A stretch of DNA of 64,000 nucleotides from Desulfatiglandales bacterium (GCA_963662465.1 OY759599.1:5952001-6016000); one strand, 5' to 3'. Positions 39,433 through 50,923 are shown, numbered from the stretch's first letter. The notes: generated by a model not told the origin, from the letters alone. A program made the numbers and translations.

Positions 39433-40655
39433 CAAACGAGAAGAAAAGCAAGACCAAATATATTCTCCTGGTAGGCGACGGCATGGGGGATTACCCATTG
39501 CCCCAACTGGATGGTAAAACGCCTCTGGAGGCAGCTCGCACCCCCAATATGGACCGTATTGCCGCCTGCGGAATCGGGCTCGCCAATACCATTCCCGACG
39601 GTCTTGAACCGGGGAGCGATACGGCCAACCTGTCCCTCATGGGCTATGATCCCGCCACGTACCATACGGGGAGAGGCCCCTTTGAAGCGGCCAGCATGGG
39701 CGTGGCACTGGGGGAAAATGAGGTGGCTTTTCGAATGAACCTGGTCGCACTGAACCGAAGATCAGACCGGGAAATCATCATGGTGAGCAACAGCGCCGGG
39801 GGCATCACCACCGAAGAGGCCGGACTTCTGGTGGAGGACCTGAAAAAAAGAATGGTCGTGCCGGGGGTACGCCTTTACCCAGGTGTTGCCTACCGACACC
39901 TTCTGGTATGGGATGGCGGCGATGAAGACGCCGAAACCATTCCGCCTCACGATGTTCAGGACCAGAACATGGCAAGTTACCTGAATCCTGAACGTCAAGA
40001 TCCCATCGTAGACCTTACGCGACTCTCGTGGCCCTTTCTGGAAGGGCACCCCACTAATTTGATTCGCAAAAAGAAAGGGCTGCTTCCGGGCAACTCCATC
40101 TGGTTATGGGGACAGGGAAAGGCGTTGAACGTCCCGAAGTTCAAAGATAAATTCGGTCTTTCGGGCGCGGTCATTTCCGCGGTGGATCTCCTGAAAGGCA
40201 TCGGCGTTTATGCCGGACTCAGAACCATTGAGGTGGAAGGCGCCACCGGGTATCTGGATACCAATTATGCCGGAAAAGCCGAAGAGGCCTTAAAGGCCCT
40301 TGACGATTTGGATTTCATGTTCGTTCACGTGGAGGCGCCTGATGAGGCCGGCCACGAAGGGAATATCCCAGGGAAAATTCAAGCCATCGAAGCCTTCGAT
40401 GAAAAAGTGGTGGGGAACATTCTGAAAGGACTGGAAAAATTTGAAGATTATCGCATTCTGGTGGCGGCCGATCATTTCACCCCCATCTCCAAGAAAACCC
40501 ATACCAGTGACCCCACCCTGTTTGCATGGGCAAACAAACAGGAACTGGCCAAAGGAAAATCAGGCATCGGATTCACGGAACGCTTTGCCCGGAAATCAGG
40601 ACTTCATTTCAAGAAAGGACATGAACTCATGCCCACATTTCTAGGACAATCTTAA
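39429..40655 (+). CDS. apgM: Cofactor-independent phosphoglycerate mutase, ApgM type
   Basis: GDGMGD, PGSDTAN, HVEAPDEAGH, ADHFTP. Confidence 0.9.
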   Translation: MTNEKKSKTKYILLVGDGMGDYPLPQLDGKTPLEAARTPNMDRIAACGIGLANTIPDGLEPGSDTANLSLMGYDPATYHTGRGPFEAASMGVALGENEVAFRMNLVALNRRSDREIIMVSNSAGGITTEEAGLLVEDLKKRMVVPGVRLYPGVAYRHLLVWDGGDEDAETIPPHDVQDQNMASYLNPERQDPIVDLTRLSWPFLEGHPTNLIRKKKGLLPGNSIWLWGQGKALNVPKFKDKFGLSGAVISAVDLLKGIGVYAGLRTIEVEGATGYLDTNYAGKAEEALKALDDLDFMFVHVEAPDEAGHEGNIPGKIQAIEAFDEKVVGNILKGLEKFEDYRILVAADHFTPISKKTHTSDPTLFAWANKQELAKGKSGIGFTERFARKSGLHFKKGHELMPTFLGQS

Positions 40656-40734
40656 GGAACGACTGCGAATCCCTTGACAGGCGCAATGGTTTTGACCTAT
40701 TTTCGGAAAAAAATAAAATGAAGGAGAAAAAAGC

Positions 40735-41421
40735 ATGAAAATACTGTTTTTCGGACCCAATGGCAGCGGCAAAGGCACCCAGGGCGCCATCGTAAAAGAC
40801 AAATACGGCATTCCTCACATTGAAACGGGCGTTATCTTCAGGGATAACATCGGCCGGGGAACCGACCTGGGAAAAGAGGCCAAGGGCTACATCGACAGGG
40901 GGGAACTGGTTCCCGACAGCATCACCATCCCCATGATCCTGGACCGGCTGAAGGAAGCGGACTGCAAGAACGGTTGGCTTCTGGACGGCTTCCCCCGCAA
41001 TCTCACCCAGGCCCAGGAGTTGGATAAGGCGCTGAAAGAGGCGGGCATCACCCTGGATATCGTCATCGACATGAAACTGGACCGGCAGATTGCCAAAGAC
41101 CGCATCATGGGTCGCAGGCTTTGCGTCAACGACAACAACCATCCCAACAATATCTTTATCGACGCCATCAAACCCAAAGACGACAAATGCCGGGTCTGCG
41201 GCGGGGAGCTGAAAACCCGCAGCGACGACCAGGACGAAGCCGCCATCGATCAGCGTCACAACATTTATTATGACACGGAAACGGGCACCACGGCCGGATT
41301 GCTGTTTTATAAAGAGGTTTCGGCGAAAAACAACGGCGTCCCCAGAATTATTGATCTGGAGGGCAAAAACGCTCTGCCGGAAGTATCCGCAGATTTGATG
41401 GGCAAACTGGACCAGGTGTAA
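40735..41421 (+). CDS. adk: Adenylate kinase
   Basis: GPNGSGKGTQ, GELVPD, LDGFPRN. Confidence 0.96.
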   Translation: MKILFFGPNGSGKGTQGAIVKDKYGIPHIETGVIFRDNIGRGTDLGKEAKGYIDRGELVPDSITIPMILDRLKEADCKNGWLLDGFPRNLTQAQELDKALKEAGITLDIVIDMKLDRQIAKDRIMGRRLCVNDNNHPNNIFIDAIKPKDDKCRVCGGELKTRSDDQDEAAIDQRHNIYYDTETGTTAGLLFYKEVSAKNNGVPRIIDLEGKNALPEVSADLMGKLDQV

Positions 41422-41450
41422 GCAAGTACCTAAAATTAGAACCTGAACTC

Positions 41451-41486
41451 AAAAAAGGGAACATGGCGGTGTCATGTTCCCTTTTT
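41451..41486. terminator. Bidirectional terminator after adk
   Basis: aaaaagggaacatggc...gtcatgttcccttttt. Confidence 0.8.
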
Positions 41487-41624
41487 CTTCCATTCGATTG
41501 CAAAACCGTGCTGATCCGTTTTTTCTATTATCGTACCTGAGCCTGATCCGGCTCGGAGAGCGGCGCCATTCCCAGTATCCGCGCAATAACCTGACCTTTC
41601 TGGGAAAAGACAAAATCAATAAAA
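41455..41624. repeat. Direct repeat, copy 1 (terminator plus the 3' tail of the PstS-like gene)
   Basis: Aligns by eye with 43699-43869, with scattered substitutions. Confidence 0.9.
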
Positions 41625-41807
41625 TTATTTTTGTGAAAACACGTCATTTTTATCCCGATGGTTACAATATTTGAGAAAAGACTTGATCATCGAATAACAA
41701 GGGAGTATGACTCAATAAGGAAAGGGGGTGATAGGAAAAAAATAAGGTTGGAGGGACAAGCGGGAAGAAAAGAGACGTCCGGTTTAAAACTGTAAGGAGC
41801 AAGGAGA

Positions 41808-43148
41808 ATGAAATCCGTTAAATTTACAATAGTTATCGCGTTGGCTTTAACTATCTCCTTAGTCTTGTTTTACGGTGGTCAGATGGCCCGTTCCGCTGAC
41901 GGTGAAAATCATTGCTTCACCTGCCATACGAATGCCCAAAAGCTGATAAAGATCACAAGGGAGATTGCAAAGGCCAACAAGGACAAACCAGGGGGCTCCG
42001 CTGAAACCGAAGGCGAGGGGTGAGGGGGAGACGTGGAGCCGTTGGCTCCGCACGAAAAGTTGTGGGTTGATAGTGCAATAGCCGAGGATGAAAACCATGG
42101 TGAACTTTGCTGTCACGAATGCCATGGTGGCAATCCCAATGATCCAAATTGGAAAACAGCCCATAAGGGCGTAGTTAAAGATCCTTCATATCCAGACGCT
42201 TCCGAGACATGTGGATCGTGCCATGATGAGATTGCGGAGAATTATAAGAGCAGTCTTCACGTGACGCTTTCCCCATTCAAGAAAATGATAGATATGCGGG
42301 CTAATCCAAACAAGGATGTGCATGCCAAGGTGGATGCCGCCAGAGGGTCCCATTGCAATGCCTGTCACAGCAGTTGCGGTCAATGTCATATCAGCCGCCC
42401 TGAGGCAGTGGGTGGCGGCCTGTTGGAGGGTCACCTTTTCCAGAGAAGACCCCCCATGCATACCGTTTGTACGGGATGCCATGGGAGTCGTATCGAAAAA
42501 GAGTATTTTGGCAAGAACAAGGGTATTCCTCCTGACATTCATAAACAGAAATATTTTAGATGCACCAAGTGTCACAAGGCTGATGAAATGCACGGAGACG
42601 GCAAGGCGTATGCCAACAGACATGAGGTGGAGAACGGTCCAAAGTGTTTAGACTGCCACGAGGATATCTACCAGCAAAAAGCGAAAAATCCCAAAAGCCA
42701 CTGGATCCACAAAGATCAGGTCAGTTGTCAGGTCTGCCATTCCATGCCTTACAAGAATTGTTATAGCTGTCATGTTGGAAAAGACAAACAGGGCTTTACA
42801 TTCTATAAGAACAAGGAATCTCCCATTGAGTTCAAGGTGGGTCTAAATCCCCTGCAATCGGAGAAAAGGCCTGAAAAATTTGTCACACTCCGCCATGTTC
42901 CAGTAGATCATAAGACTTTCGATTTCTATGTGAAAAACGGCTTGTCCAACTTCGACTCGTTTCCTAACTGGAAACTTGCCACACCCCATAATATCAGGCG
43001 ACACACACCTCAAAACAAGACCTGTAATAATTGTCACGGCAACACAGCGTTGTTCTTGCTTGAGAAGGATGTTAAGCCGGATTACCGGAAGGCCAACAGG
43101 AATGTTATTGTGCCTCCGGCCCTGGTTCCCCAAAAAAGGAGCAATTAG
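41808..43148 (+). CDS. Exported 11-heme c-type cytochrome, predicted selenoprotein
   Basis: Signal peptide; in-frame TGA at 42021-42023 (EGEG-U-GGDV) joins two ORFs; 11 CxxCH motifs; hairpin 3' of the UGA. Confidence 0.82.
42024..42053 (+). promoter_or_regulatory. Putative bacterial SECIS element
   Basis: gtg-gagcc-gtt-ggctc-cgcac; the G-initiated loop starts 17 nt after the UGA. Confidence 0.65.
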
Positions 43149-43215
43149 TGCAGAGTTTGCTTGCTTGCAAGCTTGGCTTTAAACCCAAAACCCAATTACA
43201 TAAGGAGAAAAGCCG

Positions 43216-43650
43216 ATGAAAAAACGTTCACTTTTTGTATTTGCGCTGGTATTTATGTTCGTCTTCGCCTTTGCTGTTCCTCAAACTATGGCAGAAGATA
43301 TGACTGCCGAAAATTTCGTTGCAGAAGCGAAAAAGGATGTCTGTGAGGTCTCGGTCTCTGATGCCAAGGGGATGCTGGATAAGGGAGGATGTGTTTTTTT
43401 AGATTGCCGGGAACCAAAGGAATTCAAAATGGGGCATGTCCCGGGCGCCGTCAATATCCCCCGTGGGCTGATGGAATGGAAGGTTTCCAAGAAAATTCCG
43501 GATAAGACCGCCAAAATCGTTGTTTACTGTAAGGTAGGGGGCCGGGGTTGCCTATCCGCCTGTACCCTTTGTCGCATGGGTTACAAAAACGTTGTTAACA
43601 TAGCGGGTGGATGGCAGGCATGGGAAAAGGCGGGGTATCCTGTTGAATAG
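43216..43650 (+). CDS. Exported single-domain rhodanese
   Basis: Signal peptide; LDCREPKEF, GHVPGA, active-site loop YCKVGGR, GGWQAW. Confidence 0.9.
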   Translation: MKKRSLFVFALVFMFVFAFAVPQTMAEDMTAENFVAEAKKDVCEVSVSDAKGMLDKGGCVFLDCREPKEFKMGHVPGAVNIPRGLMEWKVSKKIPDKTAKIVVYCKVGGRGCLSACTLCRMGYKNVVNIAGGWQAWEKAGYPVE

Positions 43651-43698
43651 GTAAAAGCGTATGAACGAAAACCCTGTTCAGGCACAATGTTGAATGAT

Positions 43699-43869
43699 AA
43701 GGGAACATGACGATGTCATGTTCCCTTTTTCTTCTATTCGATCGGCAAAACCATGCGGATCCGTTTTTTCTATTATTTTGTCTGAAGCTGCTCCGGCTCA
43801 GGCAGCGGCGCCATTCCCAGTTTTCGCGCAATAGCCTGACCTTTCTGGGAAAAGACAAAATCGATAAAA
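43699..43869. repeat. Direct repeat, copy 2
   Basis: See 41455-41624. Confidence 0.9.
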
Positions 43870-44600
43870 GCCTTTACCGATCCTTTCGGCGTCCCTTTGG
43901 TCACAAAGGAAAACTCCTGAACATAAGGATAGTCTTTGTCTTTTGGTAAAAGGCCGTTAATCTTGATTTTCGTAAGTTCCCGCCGTGCGGTTGTGGCCCC
44001 CTGGGTAATGAAGGAAATAGCCCCTTTGAGGCATGATACGGAATCCATAACCATTGTGGACCGATAGGTCATCAAATCATATTTTATCTCACGACGTTTC
44101 ATGACAACCCGCTGAAAATTTTTAAAAGTGCCGGTATTTTTGTCTGGGATGACAATCACAATGGGCAGATTTTCACCTCCCAATTCCTCCCAATTGGTGA
44201 TATCCCCGCTGAAAATCTCTTCCAGCTGTTTGGATGAAACGTTTTTAACACAACATCCCTCGTTGACAATCACCGCAAGAGGATCCTTGCAAAACGGTAT
44301 TTCCACATAACCCCACTCTTTGTGTCGAGGATAGAGACGTCGCGTAGTGCTTACGATATCACAGAAATCGTTCATCAAACGATTGACTGCCGATGCTGAG
44401 GACGTAATGTATAAATCCACCGGAATCCCTGTCTCTTTTGTAAACGCATCCAATCGTTCATGTTCAAATGCTTCGTAAACCTGGGCGGAGCAACTATATC
44501 GCAATGGCTGCTGGGCCATCACATTCCTCTCGGAAAACCCCCAGTAGCCCAATAGACCCACTAACAATGCCAGGAATAACGTAAAATGTTCTTTTTTCAT
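43773..44600 (-). CDS. PstS-like periplasmic substrate-binding protein
   Basis: DPLAVIVN, IFSGDITNWEELGG, GT..F, FIDFVFS. Confidence 0.8.
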   Translation of the reverse strand: MKKEHFTLFLALLVGLLGYWGFSERNVMAQQPLRYSCSAQVYEAFEHERLDAFTKETGIPVDLYITSSASAVNRLMNDFCDIVSTTRRLYPRHKEWGYVEIPFCKDPLAVIVNEGCCVKNVSSKQLEEIFSGDITNWEELGGENLPIVIVIPDKNTGTFKNFQRVVMKRREIKYDLMTYRSTMVMDSVSCLKGAISFITQGATTARRELTKIKINGLLPKDKDYPYVQEFSFVTKGTPKGSVKAFIDFVFSQKGQAIARKLGMAPLPEPEQLQTK

Positions 44601-44930
44601 AATGACGCCTCCTTTAGTTTTGTTTTCCCATAAAAACTAAGATACTCCATTTCATGTTCTTTGAAAAGCAAAACATGTGCCGAAATCTTCATGGGGGAAA
44701 AAAGCACTTATGTCCGTGGAGAAACTAGGAATTTTTTAAAAAATCAGCGAAGAACGATAATGATCGATTATCGGGACGTCAAATGACTTTACAACCTGTA
44801 AAATCAAGCACAACGGTTAACGATCGGTTAAGCTTTAGCATTAACAGTTGACAGCCAGGTTGCCGACCCTATATTCTTTCCACTTCCGCGACCCTAAAGC
44901 CACAAACATCCTCAAGAAAGGAACGTATAC

Positions 44931-45758
44931 ATGTCTCAAGACCTCATACCACATATTGACCGGTTGATTCTGCAAAGACCTGCCTCCAAAGCCGCACTGG
45001 TCTCATTTCGGGAACTGGCGCTTCTCATGGCCTGGGAAACGCCTGACGTCAAGCCGGTCGAATTTAAAAAGGGAACCCGGGACATTCAGCAACAAGAGGG
45101 ATTCCCACTGTTTTCGAAAGAGGATTTGCCCGTTGATTTCAGCGCTGCATCCCGTCTGCTGAAAAGATTCCTGGCGCACTTGTATACGGCCAACAGAGAT
45201 GACGTGAAGGGGATGAAAAAAGCACTTGAACATGCGGAGGCGGACGGCAAATGGGCCGAGAATCTGTTGAAGGCTATCCTGAAGCAGGATGAAAAGGCCT
45301 TATCACGGATTTCAAAAGAGATCAACCTGGAAACAAAGACGGTTTTCTTCCTGGGACAAACAGCCTTAAGACCTTCCATTCACGGGCTCCGTGATGTACT
45401 GGCTGAAGATATTGATAAAAACGGGTGGAACCATGGCTATTGTCCCCTGTGCGGTTCACAGCCGGACATGGCCTATTTCGAAAAGACCGGCAAGCGATAC
45501 CTTCATTGTGAACTGTGCGGTGAACAATGGCCCTATTCCCGAATCAAATGCCCTTTCTGCAATACCGAAGAACAGGATAAGCTGGGCTATTTTGAGGCTG
45601 AAGGAGAGGAGGGATTTCGCGTCTATTTCTGCCGGGAATGTCGGCGATACATCAAAACAATTGATAAAAGGGCCTTCGAGGAATTGGCGCCCCTGGAACT
45701 GGAAAGCCTGGCTACAATCCATTTAGACATTTTAGCCGGCGAGCATGGTTTTAAGTAG
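44931..45758 (+). CDS. fdhE: Formate dehydrogenase accessory protein FdhE
   Basis: CPLCG, RYLHCELC, RIKCPFC, CRECRRYIK, LATIHLD. Confidence 0.93.
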   Translation: MSQDLIPHIDRLILQRPASKAALVSFRELALLMAWETPDVKPVEFKKGTRDIQQQEGFPLFSKEDLPVDFSAASRLLKRFLAHLYTANRDDVKGMKKALEHAEADGKWAENLLKAILKQDEKALSRISKEINLETKTVFFLGQTALRPSIHGLRDVLAEDIDKNGWNHGYCPLCGSQPDMAYFEKTGKRYLHCELCGEQWPYSRIKCPFCNTEEQDKLGYFEAEGEEGFRVYFCRECRRYIKTIDKRAFEELAPLELESLATIHLDILAGEHGFK

Positions 45759-45766
45759 AAAAACAT

Positions 45767-47398
45767 TTAAGACAACCCGAGACAATTCAGATAGAATTGA
45801 ATGAGCGAGGTTTGTTCATCATGGTGATTTCCGCCCTCTTCCCGTATGGCGGCAAGCAGGTTTTCGGATACAATTCTTGCATCACCGACGCGCCCTGCGC
45901 CGGTCAGTTTCCGAAAAATATAATCATATATCCATGAACGGACAGGAAGACGACTCTCCATAAACGTAGAAACGGCCTTATCCCATTGGCCCTTGTCCAC
46001 CATATGGGCAAGGGCCAGAGATCGGAGGACAACCGGATCACATCGGTTTTCATAGGCAATGGCATAGCCAAGCCCTTTTTCAATGGTTTTCTTGAGTTTA
46101 AATGGGCTTTCCGGGGCACAAAAATAGTAGGGTGCAATATAACCCTCTGATGGCATTCCATACAGATGTTTTGTGTCCGCGCTTTTCTCAATCTCTCGGC
46201 ACAGCCGGGTACCCCTGTATATCCTGCCGCCCACAGTGTATTCGTACCGTCTCAAAATGCCCGGCCTGTATGTTTTCATCTGTTCAATGGAACAATTGAC
46301 GGTCTCATGGGTTTCACCGGGAAGCCCGAAGATCATCGATACGGTGCAGGGCAGGCCGTTTCGTTCACAGATCTCCAGTGTGTTCTGAATATCCCGCCGG
46401 CGGTATGAAGCATAATTTCGCTTCAGTACCCTGTCCGAAAAACTATCACAGGCCAGGATGACGGAAAAATTCGCCTCAAACAGACGCTTTGCAAACGCCT
46501 CATCAAAAGGCCTGGGTAGGAACTGTGAGGTAAATCCAAACCGCTCGTGCAGACCTTCATGGATAATTCTTTCAATCAAGCGGGAACAGTAACTGAGATC
46601 GGGAAGATTAAATTCCGTATCCACAAAAAATATTTCCCTGACATCCTCATGCATTCTGGATATGGCATGCATTTCCTCGAGGACCTGGTCCATCTCCCTG
46701 AAAACAATCGAAGTCCCCTCGATAATCGGTTCTACGCAGTAGCTGCACCTCTGATTGCACCCCCGCTTTACCTGCACGGGAAGACCTGTTGTTTCCAGAG
46801 CAAACCGGAATTTTTCTTCCCGTATGGTTGGAAACACGCCGTCAGCAAAAGCATACGCTTTCCTGGAATTGGCTTTAAACTCGCCGTCAAAATAGGTAAG
46901 GCCACTGATCTTTTTCATCTTCTCCCTGTCGGGAAAAGCTTCGATGAACTGCCTGAAAGGTTCCTCACCTTCGCCTGCTACCCCAAACTCGATACCCAGG
47001 TATTTCAAGATTGCCTGAGGTGCAATGGTAAATCCACCGCCACCACCGACGATCGGAATTTCAGGAGCATGTTTTTTGATCAACTCCACAATTCTCTTGA
47101 TTTCAGGCAGAAAATAGAAAGTCCTGAAATCACGCCCCACGTAGTCGCCATAGGATTCACAGGACAAACACGTATCCAGATTTCGTATGCCCAGGCCTAT
47201 CACCCGCGGCCGATTTTCCGTCAAAAGATTCAACAGATTTATTTCCAGATCGGCGTCGGGAAGAAAAGGATATTCAACCGCTACATGATGTCCACGTTTA
47301 CGGAGGTAATTGGCAATGACATCTAATCCGAAGGGATAAACCTGCTTGATAAGATAATACGGATCCGTATAGAGGAGCAGGATGCTTGATTGTTTCAT
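45767..47398 (-). CDS. Cobalamin-binding radical SAM protein
   Basis: N-terminal B12-binding-like domain; RGCNQRCSYC; FGLPGET. Confidence 0.88.
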   Translation of the reverse strand: MKQSSILLLYTDPYYLIKQVYPFGLDVIANYLRKRGHHVAVEYPFLPDADLEINLLNLLTENRPRVIGLGIRNLDTCLSCESYGDYVGRDFRTFYFLPEIKRIVELIKKHAPEIPIVGGGGGFTIAPQAILKYLGIEFGVAGEGEEPFRQFIEAFPDREKMKKISGLTYFDGEFKANSRKAYAFADGVFPTIREEKFRFALETTGLPVQVKRGCNQRCSYCVEPIIEGTSIVFREMDQVLEEMHAISRMHEDVREIFFVDTEFNLPDLSYCSRLIERIIHEGLHERFGFTSQFLPRPFDEAFAKRLFEANFSVILACDSFSDRVLKRNYASYRRRDIQNTLEICERNGLPCTVSMIFGLPGETHETVNCSIEQMKTYRPGILRRYEYTVGGRIYRGTRLCREIEKSADTKHLYGMPSEGYIAPYYFCAPESPFKLKKTIEKGLGYAIAYENRCDPVVLRSLALAHMVDKGQWDKAVSTFMESRLPVRSWIYDYIFRKLTGAGRVGDARIVSENLLAAIREEGGNHHDEQTSLIQFYLNCLGLS

Positions 47399-47608
47399 GC
47401 TGCCTTTCTTCCAAACCGGAATGTTTTAAGGTTTATATTTTATTAACCCAATACCTTCTTATTTTCAAGCGATCAAAAATTATATGCCACAAAAAGTCGC
47501 ATAAATTCAGAAAGAAAAGATTATAGTCGGCGCTGTCTTTTTTCAGACAAGAGAAAGCCTTAAGTCATTCCCGACATATGTAAATAATTGAATTTTATAA
47601 AAAATTTG

Positions 47609-47640
47609 TTGACAAAGATAAGCATTTTCGTATTGAATGA
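47609..47640 (+). promoter_or_regulatory. Putative sigma70 promoter of the fdh operon
   Basis: TTGACA at 47609 with an AT-rich upstream tract; -10 box only approximate. Confidence 0.45.
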
Positions 47641-47844
47641 TTTATCAGTACAGTCATCAACGTCACTATTCTCATTCGCATTTTGTTATTACTAACCCAG
47701 CGGGGCTCAAGCTTGTTGCCGACAAAGAAGAGGTTCGCACGGATATTCGCTGTTCTTTCCTAAGCGTGTTGGCGCCCGGATATTTCATTCCGGGTTTACG
47801 TATCTTCATTTAACCCGAAACCTTAACGGAAAAAAGGAGGAGGT

Positions 47845-50800
47845 ATGGACATTACGCGTCGTGATTTCTTCAAGATCACAGGGGCTTCTGCTGCGGGAGC
47901 GGCGATTATGGGTCTGGGCCTTGATTTGAAGCCACTCAAATCCCATGCGCAAACCCTAAAACTTCGCTTCGCCAAAGAAACCACCAGCATCTGCTGTTAT
48001 TGTGCGGTGGGGTGTGGCGTTATCTGCAGCACCGGAGAAGCAGGAGCAGGAAAGATCATCAACATCGAGGGGGACCCGGATCATCCGGTAAATGAAGGGG
48101 CTCTCTGTGCCAAAGGAGCGGCGTTGAGTCAATTGGTCAACAATGACGGCCGGTTGACGATCCCCCTTTATCGGGCGCCTTACAGTACTGAGTGGCGGAA
48201 AGTATCCTGGGACTGGGCACTTACGAGTATCGCGGAAAGGGTCAAGAAGACTCGGGATGCCGACTTTGAACGTAAAAACGCCAAAGGCCAGGTGGTCAAC
48301 CGCACCACGGCTATTGCCAGTGTGGGGAGTTCAGCCCTGGACAATGAGGAGTGCTGGCTGATACAGGCCCTCATGAGGTCGCTGGGGCTGGTCTACATTG
48401 AACACCAGGCCCGTATCTGACACAGCGCTACTGTTGCGGCTCTGGCAGAGTCGTTCGGACGCGGCGCAATGACGAATCACTGGATCGACATCCGAAACAG
48501 TGACTGCATTCTGATCATGGGTTCCAATGCGGCTTCGAATCACCCCATTTCCTTTAAATGGATTACTGAGGCCATGAAGCGTGGCGGCAAGTTAATCAGC
48601 GTTGATCCCCGTTTTACCCAGACCTCAGCGAAGGCTGATTTTTACACTGCTTTGAGATCGGGGACGGATATCGCCTTCCTGGGCGGGATGATCAAATATA
48701 TCCTCGATAACAACAAATACTTCAAAGAGTACGTGTCCGAATATACCAATGCCGCCTTCATCATCGCTGACAGCTATGATTTCAATGACGGTCTCTTCTC
48801 CGGTTACGATGCTGAAAAGCGTAAGTATGACAAGAGCAAGTGGGGTTTCGTAAAGGACGAGAAAGGAATCCCGAAGAAAGATCGCACCCTCCAGAACCCC
48901 CGTTGTGTATTCCAACTGATCCAAAAACACTACAGCCGCTATAACCTGGATACGGTTTCAGCCATCACCGGAACCCCGAAAGAGGATCTGGTGAAAGTCT
49001 ATGAGATGTACTCAGCCACGGGCCGGCAAGGACAAGCCGGGACCATCATGTATGCCATGGGTTGGACCCAGCACACGGTCGGCGTCCAGAATATCAGAAG
49101 CATGGCCATTATCCAGTTGTTGTTAGGAAATATGGGGGTAGCAGGCGGCGGCGTCAACGCCCTGAGGGGAGAATCCAATGTTCAGGGTTCTACGGATCAC
49201 TGCATTCTGTTCCACATCTGGCCGGGTTATCTGAAGACCCCAACGGCTTCCCTGCCCACTTTGGCTGCCTACAACGAAAAATTTACGCCCAAAACCAACG
49301 ATCCCTTAAGCGCCAACTGGTGGGGGAATTATCCCAAGTACAGCGTTAGCCTGCTCAAGTCGTATTTCGGGGACAAGGCGACTGCGGCCAATGATTTTGG
49401 GTATAACTGGCTCCCAAAACTGGATGACGGTGTGACCTATTCATGGCTTGATCTCTTTGACGCCATGTACAGGGGAAAATTCAAAGGCCTTTTTGCCTGG
49501 GGCATGAACCCTGCGGCTTCGGGGGCCAACGCCAATAAGAACCGGCAGTCCATGTCAAAATTGGACTGGATGGTCAATGTTAATATCTTTGACAATGAAA
49601 CCGGTTCTTTCTGGAAAGGTCCGGGCATGGATTCCAAGAAGATAAAGACAGAGGTTTTTATGCTCCCCTGTGCCGTTTCAGTGGAAAAGGAAGGATCCAT
49701 CACCAACAGCGGACGCTGGATGCAGTGGCGTTATAAGGCCGCGAATCCTCCTGCCCAGGCATGGTCTGATGGTAATATTCTGGTAAAATTAGGGGAAAAG
49801 CTTAAAGATCTCTACAAGGGGGGCGGGGTCTTCTCCGAGCCGATCGTCAACCTGAAGTGGGATTACACCCAGCATGGCAAGTTTGACGCCCACGCCATGG
49901 CCAAGGAAATCAACGGCTACTTCCTCAAGGACATGACGATAAAAGGAAAGGCATTCAAGAAGGGAGATCTTGTACCGAGCTTCGCATATCTCCAGAGCGA
50001 TGGTTCCACCAGCAGCGCCAACTGGCTGTACTGTAACTCCTATACGGGTAAGGGTAACATGTCTGCCAGGCGAAAGAGGGAGGAATCGGGCATAGGGCTC
50101 AATCCTGAGTGGGCCTGGTGCTGGCCGGTTAACCGCCGCATCATTTACAACCGAGCATCCGTTGACAAAACCGGGAAACCCTGGGACAAGGAACACCCGG
50201 TGATCGAGTTCAAGGGAAAGGTGGAAAACGGCAAGTATGTGTCCAATAAGTGGGTCGGAGATGTTCCCGACGGGGGCTGGTACCCCATGCAGAACCCAGA
50301 CGGGTCTGAGCGTACGGACACCAAATATCCCTTCATCATGAAACCGGAGGGCCATGCCCATGTGTTTGGACCGGGCCGTGCGGACGGGCCGTTTTCGGAG
50401 CACTACGAGCCGGTGGAAAGCCCTGTTTCGAAACAGCCTTTCTCCAGTCAACTGGCCAGTCCCGTTGCGGTCACATACGGCACAAACATGGATATCTACG
50501 CGTCGGATAATCCCAAGTATCCCTATGTGTGCAGCACCTACCGTGTCTGTGAACACTGGCAGACCGGTATCATGACCCGGTGGCAGCCGTGGCTCCTTGA
50601 AGCCCAGCCCCAGCTCTTTGTGGAGTTGAGCAAGGAACTTGGCGTTGAATTAGGGATCAAGAATGGAGAGAAGGTTACGGTGGAATCGGCCCGCGGCAAG
50701 GTAGAGGCCGTTGCCATGGTGACCATCCGGTTCAAACCCTTCACGATTCAGGGGAAAACCGTACACCAGGTAGGTCTCCCATGGCATTTTGGATGGGTCC

Positions 50801-50910
50801 ATCCCAAGGATGGCGGCGATTCAGCCAACCTGCTGACACCTTCGGCTGGTGATCCTAATACCAGGATTCCCGAAACCAAGGCCTTCATGGTCAATATCAG
50901 AAAGGTATAA
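47845..50910 (+). CDS. fdnG: Periplasmic Mo/W formate dehydrogenase alpha subunit, selenocysteine-containing
   Basis: Tat motif TRRDFFK, CCYCAVGC, EHQARI-U(TGA 48418)-HSATV, then the SECIS-like hairpin gcggctctggcagagtcgt. Confidence 0.96.
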
Positions 50911-50923
50911 AGGGGGTGGTCTG

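Noticed and set aside
44810..44850. GTTAA/GTTAAC motifs upstream of fdhE and of the hydrogenase (51760-51865) as a shared operator
   Set aside because: Too short and irregularly spaced to support without a motif-enrichment test.
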